Below, one piece after another: positions 30,998-45,154 of a stretch of 64,000 bases of DNA. The number at the start of each line of letters is the position of its first letter. The stretch's first letter is position 1. The notes beneath the pieces are model-generated. The model was not told where the DNA came from. It worked only from the letters and a program-made list of their open reading frames with translations, and ran no database searches. The DNA is from an uncultured Planctomycetaceae bacterium (lineage in GTDB: Bacteria; Planctomycetota; Planctomycetia; Planctomycetales; Planctomycetaceae), in the NCBI GenBank assembly GCA_963813715.1, contig CAWFAK010000007.1, positions 352,001 to 416,000 of the forward strand, given 5' to 3'. A program made the position numbers and the translations under genes.

Positions 30998-32947
30998 TCA
31001 TTTTCCCGACGACGCCCGCCTTTGTGCCAAGGTCTGTGCGAGCTCCTGCTGCACGCCCGCGTCATCCGGGGCGATTTTGCTCAGAGTTTCCAGCCGACGG
31101 ATCGCGTCGTCATAGCGACCCAGGCCGCGGAGCGCCTGCGCCGCCGCCAAATCGCAGGCATACAATCGCGGATCGAGTTCCAGTCCGTGCTCAGCGTACG
31201 CAAGCCCCTGGGCGAAGTCGCCCGTCTTCACGCACAAAGCAGCCAGCCTCAGATAGGCCATAGGATTGTCCGCGTCGAGTTGCTGCGCGCGTTCAAAATG
31301 ACGGCGGGCTTCGCGGTAGTCTCCGCGGTCACTCAGGATGCGGGCGATGCCGTTCTGCGCTTCGACCAGCTCGGGATCGAGAGCAGCGGCGATGCGGTAT
31401 TCCGCATACGCTTCTTCCTTTCGGCCCAGGACCTCATACGCGTAGGCCAGGTCGGTGTGCGCGGACGCGTCGGGTGCGCCAACGCGGATTGCCGCTTGCA
31501 ACTCGGTTACGGCCTCCCCGGGGGCGTTGTCATCCAAGAGCGCGGTTCCGAGGTAGACGCGGATCGCCCGAATTATCGGCCGTGCACGACTGCGCATGAC
31601 GCATGAGGGTCACACTATCGTGCCAGTAGCTCACCTGGGCGAAGGTTAAGCACGCGAGCAACCCGAGCCACGCGAGGCCGGCCAGCGGCAGCGCCCGCTG
31701 GAGAACGAATCCCGCCGGCGCAGCTCCGCCCCCAGCCAGACGACGGCCAGGCAGACTCCGATCAACGGAAAATACGTGTAACGATCGGCCATTTGCTGAC
31801 CCCCGATCTGCACCAGGCCGATCATCGGCACGAGCGTGCCCAGGTACCAAAACCATCCCACGAACAAGAATGGATAACGGCGGATGAAAGCCAGGGTCGC
31901 TGCCGTGACGGCCGTCAGGAACAAAACGGCGAGTGCCAGACTCGTCCAAGGGATGTCGAAACCCGGGTGGGGATAATAGACCGCAAGGTCAACGGGATAG
32001 GCCGCTTTCTCGAGATACGTCAAGTAAACGCAGACGGCGTTCTGGCAGCGCACCGAGAAGGGATAAGTCGCAATCGCGCCGCCCGTCGACTGAGCGAAGA
32101 ACGCGATCGACGAGAACGCCGCCGCAGCCGCGAGAAATGGGATCTTTTCGACCAGCCGCCTGAAAAACGTTGCGCGACTGAACCCCTGCGGTGGCGCTTC
32201 GCGTGGCGTTTCCTGGCTACCGCGGGACCTGCGTTTGCGGTCCGGCGCACGCGTCTTCGCCGTCGTGGGCTCGCCAGACTTTGGTCCTAACCGACGCAAC
32301 GGCCAGTAATCGAGCAGCAAGAAGACGAACGGCAGCGTCACCAACGTCGGCTTGGAGAGAAGGCTGCAGAGGAAGAGCAAGAGCGATCCCAAAAACCACC
32401 GCGCCATGCCGACCCGCGTGTACCGCACGTAGGTCCAAAGCGACAGGAGACCAAAGAAAATACTCAGGACGTCCTTGCGTTCGGCCACCCACGCCACCGA
32501 TTCCACATGCAGCGGGTGCAGCGCGAACAGCGCCGCAACAAAGGCGCTCCGCGCCGTGTATCCTGTAGCGCTCGCCAGGGCCAGGAACAGGATCAGCGCG
32601 TTGGCCGCATGGAGAACCACGTTGGTGGCGTGATAGCCGGCCGGACCGATGCCGAAGAGCGTGCTGTCGAGCATCAGCGACAGCCAGGTCAGCGGAATCC
32701 AGTTGCAGTCATGGACGCTCAGACTCCACCGCAATCCCGCGAGCGACAGACCCGCCTGAACCTGCGGGTTTTGTGAGGCATACGTCGGATCGTCAATGTT
32801 AATGAACGAGAAGCCCACAGCCTGCGAATAGACTGCGAGCGTGCCGACAACCAGGAGCACGCAAAACAAGATCCGCGCACGCCGATCCGCGGAAGGCGAA
32901 GCGGGTGAATGCGACACGGGTAAAGAAGACGCTGGTAAAGAAGACAC
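30998..32947 (-). CDS. TMTC-like membrane protein (GT-C fold) with C-terminal TPRs (frameshifts near 31690 and 31575)
   Basis: FINIDD, WIPLTWLS, LFALHPLHVESVAWVAERKDVL, LLSKP, MADRYTYFPLIG, then TPR repeats. Confidence 0.85.
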
Positions 32948-32988
32948 GGGGCCAGTTCCGCGGCGGCGAGAATGCTGGCGGCCGTTCT

Positions 32989-33087
32989 CATGCCTCGCGA
33001 TTCCCACGCAGACAAGCACGCGCCAGGCGACCCAAGGTCGCATCAACAAACGTTAACGCATCGGCCCACCGGCCACAAACAGATGCG
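32989..33087 (-). repeat. Duplicated 5' leader, copy 2
   Basis: Colinear with 30733-30831, including the ATG position. Confidence 0.75.
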
Positions 33088-33207
33088 AACTGACATCGCC
33101 TTCTCGCCGCGTTTCACTCGGTCCCAAACTGCGTTTTCGACCCGGAACCACCCGCCCGCGGAACCTTGTGCTCCGGCATCGTGTCCTCTCCTACCTCGGC
33201 CGGTATG

Positions 33208-33243
33208 CACGACTCAACCCGCCTTGCTGAGTCGTGGTAGAAT
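33208..33243 (+). promoter_or_regulatory. 9-11-9 inverted repeat overlapping an extended -10 element
   Basis: CACGACTCA-N11-TGAGTCGTG, then TG-G-TAGAAT, 25 nt before the ATG at 33268. Confidence 0.5.
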
Positions 33244-33267
33244 GGGCAGCAAGCGGAGGAGTGGTCC

Positions 33268-33678
33268 ATGCCCACATTAGACGAGGTGTACCGCAAATTC
33301 GGAAAAGTCTCGGAAGCCGCTCAACTACTTGAGACAGAGTTGGGCACAATGCTGCTCAGCGTTCAGGCCACGGAACATGATCTGTTTGCAAGCGACAAGG
33401 GGGAATTAGCGACTGAAATCCTCGAAAAGATCAACAAGAGCACATTTGGCGAGCTTATCAGGAAACTGGCCAAGGCTGCCCGTTTCTCGGGGGACTCGGA
33501 GTTGCTCTTGGCGAACGCCCTTGCTGAGCGAAATCGGCTCTTCCATTCCTTCTATCGGAAACACAACTTCAGACGGAACTCCGACGAGGGCCGTGCGAAG
33601 ATGCTCGAAGACCTGCAGGCGCAAGCACAAGGTAATTATCGCAGCCTATACGGCGGTCATGCGACTTTCGGGTATTGA
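33268..33678 (+). CDS. Hypothetical protein with HEPN-like RxxxxH motif (C-terminus probably frameshifted near 33620)
   Basis: GGAGGAG RBS; helical composition; AQLLE..., ERNRLFH; visibly more AT-rich than the flanks. Confidence 0.65.
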   Translation: MPTLDEVYRKFGKVSEAAQLLETELGTMLLSVQATEHDLFASDKGELATEILEKINKSTFGELIRKLAKAARFSGDSELLLANALAERNRLFHSFYRKHNFRRNSDEGRAKMLEDLQAQAQGNYRSLYGGHATFGY

Positions 33679-33858
33679 CCTAGATAACGCGAACGTGCCG
33701 ATGCCAACGACACACGTGAAGATTCAGAGGTGTGGGCCGCCGAGCGGCCCATCCAGCCGCAATTGTGGCGATGTTGAGGCCACTATGGCGCGACTCGGCA
33801 GCGTCGGCAAACTGGTTGCGGGAGCCCGAGAAGTGGAACAGAACAATGGGCGTGCTCT

Positions 33859-34512
33859 ATGGCCGACAAACACTATCCGCCAGGCTTCATGATTAGCAAA
33901 TTTCATTGTCCACACTGCCGAGTGTTCGCTGCGCAGGAATGGGGATACGGCGCACAGGCGCACGAACTCGACGAGTTTGGCGATCTCAATGGAGCACGGG
34001 CAGTCCCCAAGTTGAATGTCTCCACTTGCGCTCATTGCAATGATTTCTCGCTTTGGCGGGCGCAGAAGATGATTTATCCGAAGACAGGGTCCGCAGTCCT
34101 GCCGCACGACGATATGCCGCCTGATGTAAAAGCAGACTTTGATGAAGCGAGAGAGGTTGCGGCTATTTCGCCCCGGTCGGCCGGCGCACTGCTTCGATTA
34201 GCGATGGAACGGTTAACTGCGGGCCTTGTCGAGGGCAGCGGGAAAGACCTCAACGACAACATCCGAATCCTTGTTGAAAGAGGACTGTCGCCGCGAATTC
34301 AAAAGGGATGCGACATTGTGCGCCTCACCGGTAATAGTCTTGTCCATCCGGGGCAGATTGATCCTTCCGACACTCCTGAAATCGTCAACTCGTTGTTTGA
34401 ATTAGTCAACTTGGTCGTAGACTTCGAGACTTCCCAGCCGAAGAAAGTCGACCATATGTACGGCTCATTGCCACAACCCAAGCTGGACGCAATCGAAAAG
34501 CGGGACGGGTAA
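33859..34512 (+). CDS. DUF4145 (HEPN-like) protein with N-terminal Zn ribbon
   Basis: CPHC and CAHC; DFDEAR..SPRSAGALLRLAME, IVRLTGNSLVHPG. Confidence 0.85.
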   Translation: MADKHYPPGFMISKFHCPHCRVFAAQEWGYGAQAHELDEFGDLNGARAVPKLNVSTCAHCNDFSLWRAQKMIYPKTGSAVLPHDDMPPDVKADFDEAREVAAISPRSAGALLRLAMERLTAGLVEGSGKDLNDNIRILVERGLSPRIQKGCDIVRLTGNSLVHPGQIDPSDTPEIVNSLFELVNLVVDFETSQPKKVDHMYGSLPQPKLDAIEKRDG

Positions 34513-34614
34513 ACTGAGTGCTGCGAGACGGGGTAGATTCGCCTCGGAAACAGCACCGGGTGGGCCGGCGTTGACGAAGGGTAGGCCGGTAGCGTAGAGG
34601 CCGGGAGACAATCG

Positions 34615-34932
34615 ATGCAAACGCCCGAAACGCCGCCGGAGCTGATCGACAAACCGAAAAAGCGGCGGCGGAAGTGGGTCCGGTGGGTCGTCGTTCTGCT
34701 TGTGCTCTACCCGCTGTCGTACGGCCCGGTGACCGGATTCTTAGACCGGACAGATCCGTGGCCCACAATGGCCTACGACGCCTTCTATACGCCGCTCTGG
34801 TGGGTCTGCGAGCGAGTCCCGCTATGCGATCGCGCACTGGACTGGTATCTCAACATTTGTTGGCGGATTGGCTGGAAGGAGGATGCTCCGCTGAATTTTA
34901 GCGGTCAGCACTGGTCCGACCCGCGCCGGTAA
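34615..34932 (+). CDS. Small hypothetical membrane protein
   Basis: GGGAG RBS; KKRRRKW followed by a TM helix and LYPLSYGPV. Confidence 0.65.
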   Translation: MQTPETPPELIDKPKKRRRKWVRWVVVLLVLYPLSYGPVTGFLDRTDPWPTMAYDAFYTPLWWVCERVPLCDRALDWYLNICWRIGWKEDAPLNFSGQHWSDPRR

Positions 34933-34960
34933 GAATCCGACCGGAACCCCGCCGCCTCGC

Positions 34961-36722
34961 TTACAGCGTCGGACCGGTGTCGCCCGGCAACAGAATGCGG
35001 CGGACCATTTTGATGGGGATGCCGCCCTGGCGGACGAATTCGTTGTGGAAGGTTTCGAGCTTGTAGTTTGAGCCCTTCGCTTTGCGGTAGTCGTCGCGGA
35101 GCTTGTAGATCTGCAGCTTGCCGAGCGTGTAGTAGAGGTAGGTCGGGTTGTAGGCGCCGCGGCGGGCCTCCTCGAAGGCGTTGGCCGGCTCCTGGAAGCC
35201 CTCCTTCACGAAGACGTCGGTCCCCTGCTCCACCGTCATGCCCTGAGTGTGCAACTTGATGCCAACCACATAACGGCAGTCGCGTAACAGGGCCTCGGAG
35301 AGCTGGGCGAGCTGAATCTTCGGATCGCCGTCGCCGTAACCCTCTTCGAGCGCCATTTGCTCGCAGTAGTGGGCCCAGCCCTCGGCGTTGGTGCCGCAGA
35401 AGGTCAGCTTGCGCGTCTTGGTCGGGTACTCTTTGCTGTAGAGGAACTGGATGTAGTGGCCGGGGAACGCCTCGTGAATGGTGATGACCTGCATCACCGG
35501 GGCGTTGAACAGCCGCAGATGCTCCTCGATGTGATTGGGAGCCCAGTTCTTTTCGGGCGGCGTGACGTAGTAGAACGCTTCGGTGGCGCGGGTTTCGTAA
35601 GCGCCCGGCGTGTCCATCGAGGCGAAGCTGCCGCCGCGAGCGTACGGGGGCGTCTCCAGGATCGTGGGCCGCACTTCGGACGGGACGGTGACGATGTGCC
35701 GGTCGATCAGGAACTGCCGCGTCTTTTCGATCGTCCGCTCGGCCGAAGGGATCAGGTCGACCGCAGCCGGGTGGTCGTCGGAAATTGCCTTCATCACGTC
35801 CGCCGGCGTCTTGTGCGGGTCGATCTTGGCGGCGACGGCCGTGAACGCGTCGTGATCGCGGCGAAGATTCGCCTCGCCGATAGCCAGCACGCGATCGAGC
35901 GGGATGTCGACCATTTCGTCATAAAGCAACTTTTTGGAGAAGGCGTCGGCACCCAGCGCGTACTTCCCGTGTGACTGGGGCAGCAGGTCGTGCTTCATCC
36001 AGGCGACGGTCTCGGTGATCTCCTTCACCACCCGGTTGTTGGCGGCCTCGAATTCCGCGAAGAGCGCGGCGTCATTTCCGGCGGCATCGCGGGCCCAGTC
36101 GCGGACCGTCTTTTGAAAGAAGCCGATCGAGCCGGAGCCCATGCGGATCGCCAGGTCGGTGAACTCCTTGGGGGGATTGTCGACGTTCGCCCGCAGCGCC
36201 TCGAACGTTGCCGGAGCGGCCTTGAGCCGAGCGATCACCGAGTGCAACCGAGTCACGGGCGGAGCGAAGCTGCGCTTCATCAGGCCGTCGATCGATCCGG
36301 CAGGCCCGCGGATGTAGCTCATCGGGTTGTGCCGCCAGGTCTGCAGGGTCTCGAGGTTGAGCAGCTGGCCTTTGATCTGGCCGTCGAGGATCTCGGCATC
36401 GATCGACTCGTCCTCGGTGAGCGCTCCGGCACGAAGCTTGTCGAGCCGGGTCTGGAAGGTCTTGGCGGCTTCGATCCGTTTCGCGACGGCGGCGGCAGAG
36501 CCATCTTCCAGCCGGTCATCGTATTGATGGAACCCTTCGGCGGTGCCCATCGACGGCCGGGCCTCGAAGGCCGCATTGAAATAATCGTCGACGAAGACGG
36601 CAAAGGGCCGCGGAGCCTCCGCGCCCAGCGCCTTTGAACGGCACACCGGTCCGAGCGTCAGGACTGGGGTCAATCAGAACCACACCAAGCAGAACCGGCA
36701 GGAGACGGGACACGCGCGACAT
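34961..36722 (-). CDS. DUF885 family secreted protein (frameshift near 36668)
   Basis: IHEAFPGHYIQ, EGWAHYCE, YTLGKLQI; signal peptide MSRVSRLLPVLLGVVLI in the adjacent frame. Confidence 0.9.
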
Positions 36723-37008
36723 GGCAGGCTTCTCCAGGTTGTTCGTTCCGACCACCTTATCCCAGCGCGATTTGATTCGCCACTGCCGCCCTGGACTGCC
36801 GGGCATTGAAGACGGGCTGCCAGACGCCGAAACGCGGGCCCCGCCGCTCCCGTCGGACTACTTGCAGGAATCCGGATCCATCTTGGTCGAAGTCTCTCGA
36901 ATCGCCGGGCGCGACCCGTTACGATCCGGCGCCAACCAGTCGGTTTCTTCCATCAATGGAAACGCGATTTTAACCGGTTCGAGCTGCCCGTAGCCGCGGA
37001 GACTCGCA

Positions 37009-37176
37009 ATGTTGCGCTGGACTGTCGTGTTTCTGATCATCGCTTTGATCGCCGGCGTGTTGGGCTTTTACTCGCTCGAGGGCATGGCGATGTGGATCGC
37101 TAAGGTCCTCTTCCTCATCTTCGTGGTCTTGTTCATTGTCTCGCTGGTGATGGGGCGGCGCGGGCCGATGGCCTGA
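37009..37176 (+). CDS. DUF1328 small membrane protein, 55 aa (not in the ORF track)
   Basis: [20 protein letters not shown]...[18 protein letters not shown] after GGAG. Confidence 0.9.
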   Translation: MLRWTVVFLIIALIAGVLGFYSLEGMAMWIAKVLFLIFVVLFIVSLVMGRRGPMA

Positions 37177-37252
37177 TTGTCTGCCGTGAGGTCGCCGCAG
37201 TCCGACTGCGTGAGAGGCGTGCCGGAAGTGCGCGCCCAGCCACGGAATCGCA

Positions 37253-39064
37253 ATGACTGAGTCCGATCGACTCTTGACGGTTCTGGCGGGCGTCCTGGTC
37301 CTGGGGGTGGGGGCTCAGTGGATTGCCTGGCGGATCCGGGCCCCGGCCATCTTGGCACTCCTGGGGGCAGGATTCTTGGCCGGCCCCGTGACTGGCTTAA
37401 TCGAGCCCGACGCATTATTCGGCCCGTTGCTGTTGCCGGTCGTCTCGTTGTCGGTGAGCTTGATCCTCTTCGAGGGGGGACTCAGTCTCGAATTTCGCGA
37501 GCTTCGCGAAGTCGGCCGACCGGTCGTCGGACTGCTGACCGTCGGCGCGGCCACCACCTGGCTCCTGACGACTATGTCGGCCCACTGGGTCCTGGGCCTG
37601 CCCCAATCTGCTGCGTTGCTCCTCGGCGCCATCCTGGTTGTGACCGGGCCCACGGTCATCGGGCCGCTGTTGCGTGACATCCGTCCGATCGGTCGCGTCA
37701 GCTCGATTGCGCGATGGGAAGGAATCGTGATCGATCCCATCGGCGCCTGTCTGGCCGTGCTTGTGTTTCAAGCCACAGAGACGGGCGACGGCGGCGGACT
37801 GCGTCACGCGTTCCTCGCCCTGGCGACCGGACTCGCCACGACCGGTTTGATCGGCACGGCGATCGGGATGGTGGCCGCCCTCATTCTGACGTTTGTGTTG
37901 CACCGCTTCTGGCTGCCGGATCATCTGCAAAACCCCGTGACGTTGATGCTGGCGATCGCCGCATTCACAGCCGCCGAAATTGTGCACCCTCAGGCCGGAC
38001 TGGTCGCGGCGACGGTGATGGGGATCGGCATGGCGAATCAGCGCCGGGTGGACATTCGTCGCATCGTCGAGTTCAAGGAAAGCCTGACGGTGCTGTTGGT
38101 CACCTGCCTGTTCATCGTGCTGGCCGCGCGGGTCTCCGCGAAATCTTTGACGGCCTTGGGTTGGCGGGGAGCGCTGTTCGTCGCCGTGCTGATCCTGGTC
38201 ATTCGCCCCTTGAGCGTGTGGCTGGCGACGATCGGCTCGACGTTGAAGTGGCGCGAAAAGATGTTCCTGTCGTGGTTTGCTCCGCGGGGAATCGTCGCGG
38301 CGTCGGTGGCCTCGGTGTTCGCCATCCAAATGGGCTCCTCCGGAGAAGCCCTCGCGTCGGCAACCCTGCTCGTCGTCTTCGCCACGGTTGCGATCTACGG
38401 CATGACGGCCGGCACGCTCGCGCGCCGCCTGGGCCTTGCTGTCGCCCGCCCCGAAGGATTGCTGATTGCCGGTGCCAACCCCGTGGCCCGCGCCGTCGCG
38501 GCCGCACTCGGCAGCGCCGGCTTTGCGACCACGCTCGTCGACTCGCGTTACGCCGGAATTCGCGAAGCGCATGCGGCCGGATTGACCGCAGTTTACGGCG
38601 ACATCCTCTCCGATCGCACGCTGGATCGCATCGATCTGAGCGGGCTCGGCCGCTTTCTCGCCTTGACGTCAAACGACGACGTCAACACCCTCGCCGCCAC
38701 GATCCTGCGCGACGTCTTTGGACGACAGCACGTCTACCAGCTCGCGCGTTCGCTGCGCCAGGAACCCATGAAGAACAGCGAAGTCCCGCATCTGGGCGGT
38801 CGCACTTTGTTTGGCGCCGAGTGTCTTTACGAGCGGCTGGACGAGGCCATTGACCGCGGCGCAGTCATCAAAGCGACGCCGTTGACGGCCGAATTCGGAC
38901 TGCAGGCGTTCCTCGACCATTATGGGCAGGACGCCGTACCGCTGTTCGTCGTCGACGGTCCGCGTCTCTTGGTCGTCACGCTCGACGCGCCGTGCCACGC
39001 CGTTGCGGGCCAGTCGGTGATCAGCCTGGTGTCGAGCCCGCGGCCTGCGACACCGGATGGCTGA
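37253..39064 (+). CDS. CPA1/NhaP-type cation:proton antiporter with C-terminal NAD-binding-like domain
   Basis: [32 protein letters not shown]. Confidence 0.9.
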   Translation: MTESDRLLTVLAGVLVLGVGAQWIAWRIRAPAILALLGAGFLAGPVTGLIEPDALFGPLLLPVVSLSVSLILFEGGLSLEFRELREVGRPVVGLLTVGAATTWLLTTMSAHWVLGLPQSAALLLGAILVVTGPTVIGPLLRDIRPIGRVSSIARWEGIVIDPIGACLAVLVFQATETGDGGGLRHAFLALATGLATTGLIGTAIGMVAALILTFVLHRFWLPDHLQNPVTLMLAIAAFTAAEIVHPQAGLVAATVMGIGMANQRRVDIRRIVEFKESLTVLLVTCLFIVLAARVSAKSLTALGWRGALFVAVLILVIRPLSVWLATIGSTLKWREKMFLSWFAPRGIVAASVASVFAIQMGSSGEALASATLLVVFATVAIYGMTAGTLARRLGLAVARPEGLLIAGANPVARAVAAALGSAGFATTLVDSRYAGIREAHAAGLTAVYGDILSDRTLDRIDLSGLGRFLALTSNDDVNTLAATILRDVFGRQHVYQLARSLRQEPMKNSEVPHLGGRTLFGAECLYERLDEAIDRGAVIKATPLTAEFGLQAFLDHYGQDAVPLFVVDGPRLLVVTLDAPCHAVAGQSVISLVSSPRPATPDG

Positions 39065-39196
39065 CCCGATTCGGGGCCGCAATCTGCGATCGAACGGGGC
39101 TGCGGAACCGGACTGCGGCCTCCGCTTCCAGTCTCCAAAAGGCGGCGGCCATCCCGCCCGCGCCGGCGACTTTGCAAGAATTCCGGATCCTTGTAA

Positions 39197-41482
<2,286 letters not shown>

Positions 41483-41500
41483 TGACGAAGTCGAGCGACC

Positions 41501-41668
41501 CGGCGAGCCCCCAGCGTGAGCTGGGGGTGCTTTGATTCGTTTTCGCCCTTCTCTCCGACCCCTGTTCAAACTGAGAGACAAAGCACCATCGGGCTAACGC
41601 CCGACGCTCGCCGAGCTGTTTGCGCGCATAGCGACCGGCGAGCCCCCAGCGTAAGCTGGGGGGTGCTT
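41501..41668. repeat. REPIN cluster, family 1 (three REPs)
   Basis: CGGCGAG-stem-GTNA-stem-GTGCTT at 41501 and 41636; inverted copy at 41581-41613. Confidence 0.85.
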
Positions 41669-41732
41669 TAATTAGCCCGTAATTCGCGCGGAAAAGCGTG
41701 TCACTGATGGTCATTTGCGGGAGCTCGATCGC

Positions 41733-44700
41733 GTGAGAATTTTCCTCCCTCCGATTGTCGCGATCCTGGTCGTTGTCGGCGCGTGTGCATTATCCGCGGC
41801 GGCAGAGCCAGCGGCCAACGACCAAACGCCGGTGAACATGAGCTGGGGCGTGAAGGTCCCGATGCGCGACGGCGTGAAGCTCAACGCCACGGTCTACCAG
41901 CCGGACGCCAAAGACGCGCTGCCGGTGATCTTCACGATGACTCCCTACATCAGCGACACCTATCACGACCGCGCGATGTACTTCGCGCGGAATGGGTACG
42001 TCTTTGCTCTGGTCGACGTTCGTGGACGCGGCAATTCCGGCGGTGAATTCGAGCCGTTCGCCAATGACCCGCGCGACGGTCACGACGTCGTGGAATGGTT
42101 CGCCAGGCAACCGTGGTGCAACGGCAAGGTGGCGATGTGGGGCGGATCGTACGCCGGGTTCAACCAGTGGGCGACGCTCAAAGAGTTCCCGCCGCACCTG
42201 GCGACGATTGTCCCGGCCGCCGCGGCGCATCCCGGAGTCGATTTCCCCGCGCCGCACAATGTCTTTGTTTCCTACGACGTTCAATGGCTCACCTTCACCA
42301 GCGGCGCGACGCCGAACGTGAAGCTCTTCGGCGAGTCCGGCTTCTGGATCGACAAGTTTCGCGAGCGGTACCTGAATCACATCCCGTTCCACAGGCTGGA
42401 CACCCTGGTGGGCAATCCGTCGCCCCACTTTCAAAAATGGCTCGTTCACCGCACGCCGGACGAGTATCTCGACACGATGGCCCCGGACCGCGAGGCCTAC
42501 GCCCGAATTGGGATCCCAATCCTCACGATCACCGGCAATTACGATGACGACCAGGCCGGCGCGATGACGTTCTATCGGCGGCACATGCAATACGGCTCCG
42601 AGAAGGGCCGCGAGCGTCACTATCTGTTGATCGGGCCGTGGGACCACGCCGGCACGCGGACTCCGACCCAGGAGGTGGGCGGACTGAAGTTCGGTTCGGC
42701 CTGTCTCGTCGACCTCAACAAATTGCACCGCGAGTGGTACGACTGGACGATGAAAGGGGGCGCGAAGCCCAAGTTCCTCGAAAAACGCGTCACTTACTAC
42801 GTGCCGGGCGCGGAGGCGTGGAAATCTGCCGACAGCCTCGAAGCGATCCCGACGAAATCGGAGAGGTTTTTCCTCTCGAGCACGCACGGCTCGCCATCGG
42901 ACGCGTTCCACTCCGGCACGCTCACCCGCACGAAGCCCGGTCAATCGCCGCCGGCGAGCTACGTCTACGATCCGCTCGACGTTCGTCCGGCTGAGCTGGA
43001 GCGCGAGCCGATCAAGAATGAAGTGACGGATCAGCGCTTTGCGCTCAACCTCTTCGGCAGCGGCCTGGTTTTTCACAGCGATCCGTTCCCGGAATCCGTC
43101 GAAATCACCGGCTATTTGAAGCTCGTCGCCTGGATCGCGCTGGACGTGCCCGACACGGATTTCGCGGTCAAGGTCTACGAGATCAAGCCCGATGGAACCA
43201 GCATCGCGCTGGCGGACGATCTGAAACGAGCGCGTTACCGCAAGTCGTTGCGTCAGGAAAAGCTGGTCAAGCCCGGGGCGATCGAGCGCTACGTGTTCGA
43301 CTCGTTCAACTTCTTCTCTCGTCGCCTGGAGAAAGGGAGTCGCCTGCGGCTCGTCTTCTCCTCGCCGAACTCGATCTACCTCGAAAAGAACTACAACAGC
43401 GGCGGCGAAGTGGCTGCCGAGTCGCGCGCCGATGCGCGGACCGCCCACGTCGCGCTCTACCAGGACGCTGAGCACGCGAGCTACTTGGAAGTTCCCATCG
43501 TCCGCGCATCGCCCGGCAAACACTTCGATTCGTTGATTCGCGGAGGCACCGTGTACGACGGGTCGGGCGGCCCGCCGCGCCGAGCCGACGTGGGAATTAC
43601 CGGCGATCGCATCGCAGCCGTCGGAGACCTGGCCGGTGCGACCGCAAAAGACGTGGTGGACGCCAAGGGCCTCGCGGTGGCGCCGGGCTTCATCAACATG
43701 CTGAGCTGGTCCACCGATTCTCTGCTGGCGGACGGTCGGGGCCAGAGCGAAATCCGACAGGGCGTCACCACGCAGATCATGGGAGAGGGGAACTCGTGGG
43801 GCCCCGTCAATCCCGCCATCAAGAAGCGGATGCAGAATGAGCAATTCGACATCAAATACCCGATCGAGTGGACAACGCTGAGCGACTACCTCTATTTCCT
43901 CGAGCGCAAGGGGATTTCCCAGAACGTGGCCTCGTTCCTCGGTGCCACGACCGTGCGCGAATACGTGCTCGGGCTGGGGAACAAGAAGCCGACCCAAGAC
44001 GAGCTGGAACGCATGTGCGAGCTCGTCGATCGCGAGATGCGCGAGGGCGCGCTGGGCATCGCGTCGGCCCTCGAGTACGCGCCCGCCTACTACGCCGACA
44101 CCGACGAACTGATCGCCCTGTGCAAGGCAGCCGCCCGGCACAAGGGGAAGTACATCTCTCACATGCGCAGCGAAGGCGAGCGGCTGCTGGAGGGGATCGA
44201 CGAGGTGATCCGCATCAGCCGCGAGGCGCACATTCCCGCCGAAATCTACCACTTCAAGGCGGCCGGCAAGAACAATTGGAAGAAGATGGTTCCGGCGATC
44301 GCCCGCGTCGAGGCGGCTCGGCGTTCCGGATTGCCGATTACCGCGGATATGTACTGTTACACAGCCGGTGCCGCACCGCTGACAGCCTGCATTCCGCCGT
44401 GGGCGATGGAAGGCGGGGAGATCGCCATGCGGCGCCGGCTTGCCGACCCCGCCAGCCGCCAACGAATCATCCACGACATCAAGGACAAGACCGACTGGCC
44501 CAACTTCTACCACAACGCGGGCTCGCCCGAGAACGTCCTGCTCATCAGCTTTAAGCACAATGCGCTCAAGCCCCTGCAGGGTAAGAACCTCGCCCAGATC
44601 GCTCGCGAACAGGGCAAAGACCCCGTCGAGATGCTCGCTCGACCTGCTTTTGGAGGATCAATCGAGCATCGGCACGGCGTACTTCATCACGGCCGAGGAG

Positions 44701-45132
44701 AACATCCGCAAGCTGGTTCCGCTCCCCTGGATCAGCTTCGGCAGCGACGAGGCGTCGCAGTCGCCGGAGGGCGTCTTCCTCAAGTCGCTGCCGCACCCGC
44801 GGGCCTACGGCAACTTCGCCCGGTTACTCGGCAAATATGTCCGCGAAGAAAAACTGCTGACACTCGAAGCGGCGATCCGCAAGCTCAGCCTCCTGCCCGC
44901 GACAAATTTGGGGCTCGACCGTCGAGGCCTGTTGCAGGAAGGCTATTTCGCCGACGTCGTCGTCTTCGATCCCGCCACCATCGGCGACCGGGCCACCTAC
45001 GAGAAGCCCCATCAGTACGCCGTCGGCATGCGGCACGTCTTCGTCAACGGCGTCGGCGTGCTCAAGGACGGCGAGCACACCGGCGCGAAACCGGGCAAGG
45101 CGCTCTGGGGCCCCGGCAAGGTCGATCGCTGA
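41733..45132 (+). CDS. CocE/NonD hydrolase fused to an N-acyl-D-amino-acid deacylase-like amidohydrolase (frameshift near 44637)
   Basis: VPMRDGVKL, GGSYAG, GPWDH; then FDSLIRGGTVYDGSG, YISHMRSE, HPRAYGNF, ADVVVFDP. Confidence 0.88.
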
Positions 45133-45154
45133 GTCAGGTCGGTGATCGCGGCAA

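Noticed and set aside
33680..33860. Integron attC site between the HEPN-like genes
   Set aside because: No matching RYYYAAC/GTTRRRY pair with a paired stem, and no integrase in the window.
41790..44558. 922-aa - strand ORF
   Set aside because: Antisense shadow of the CocE/aminoacylase gene.
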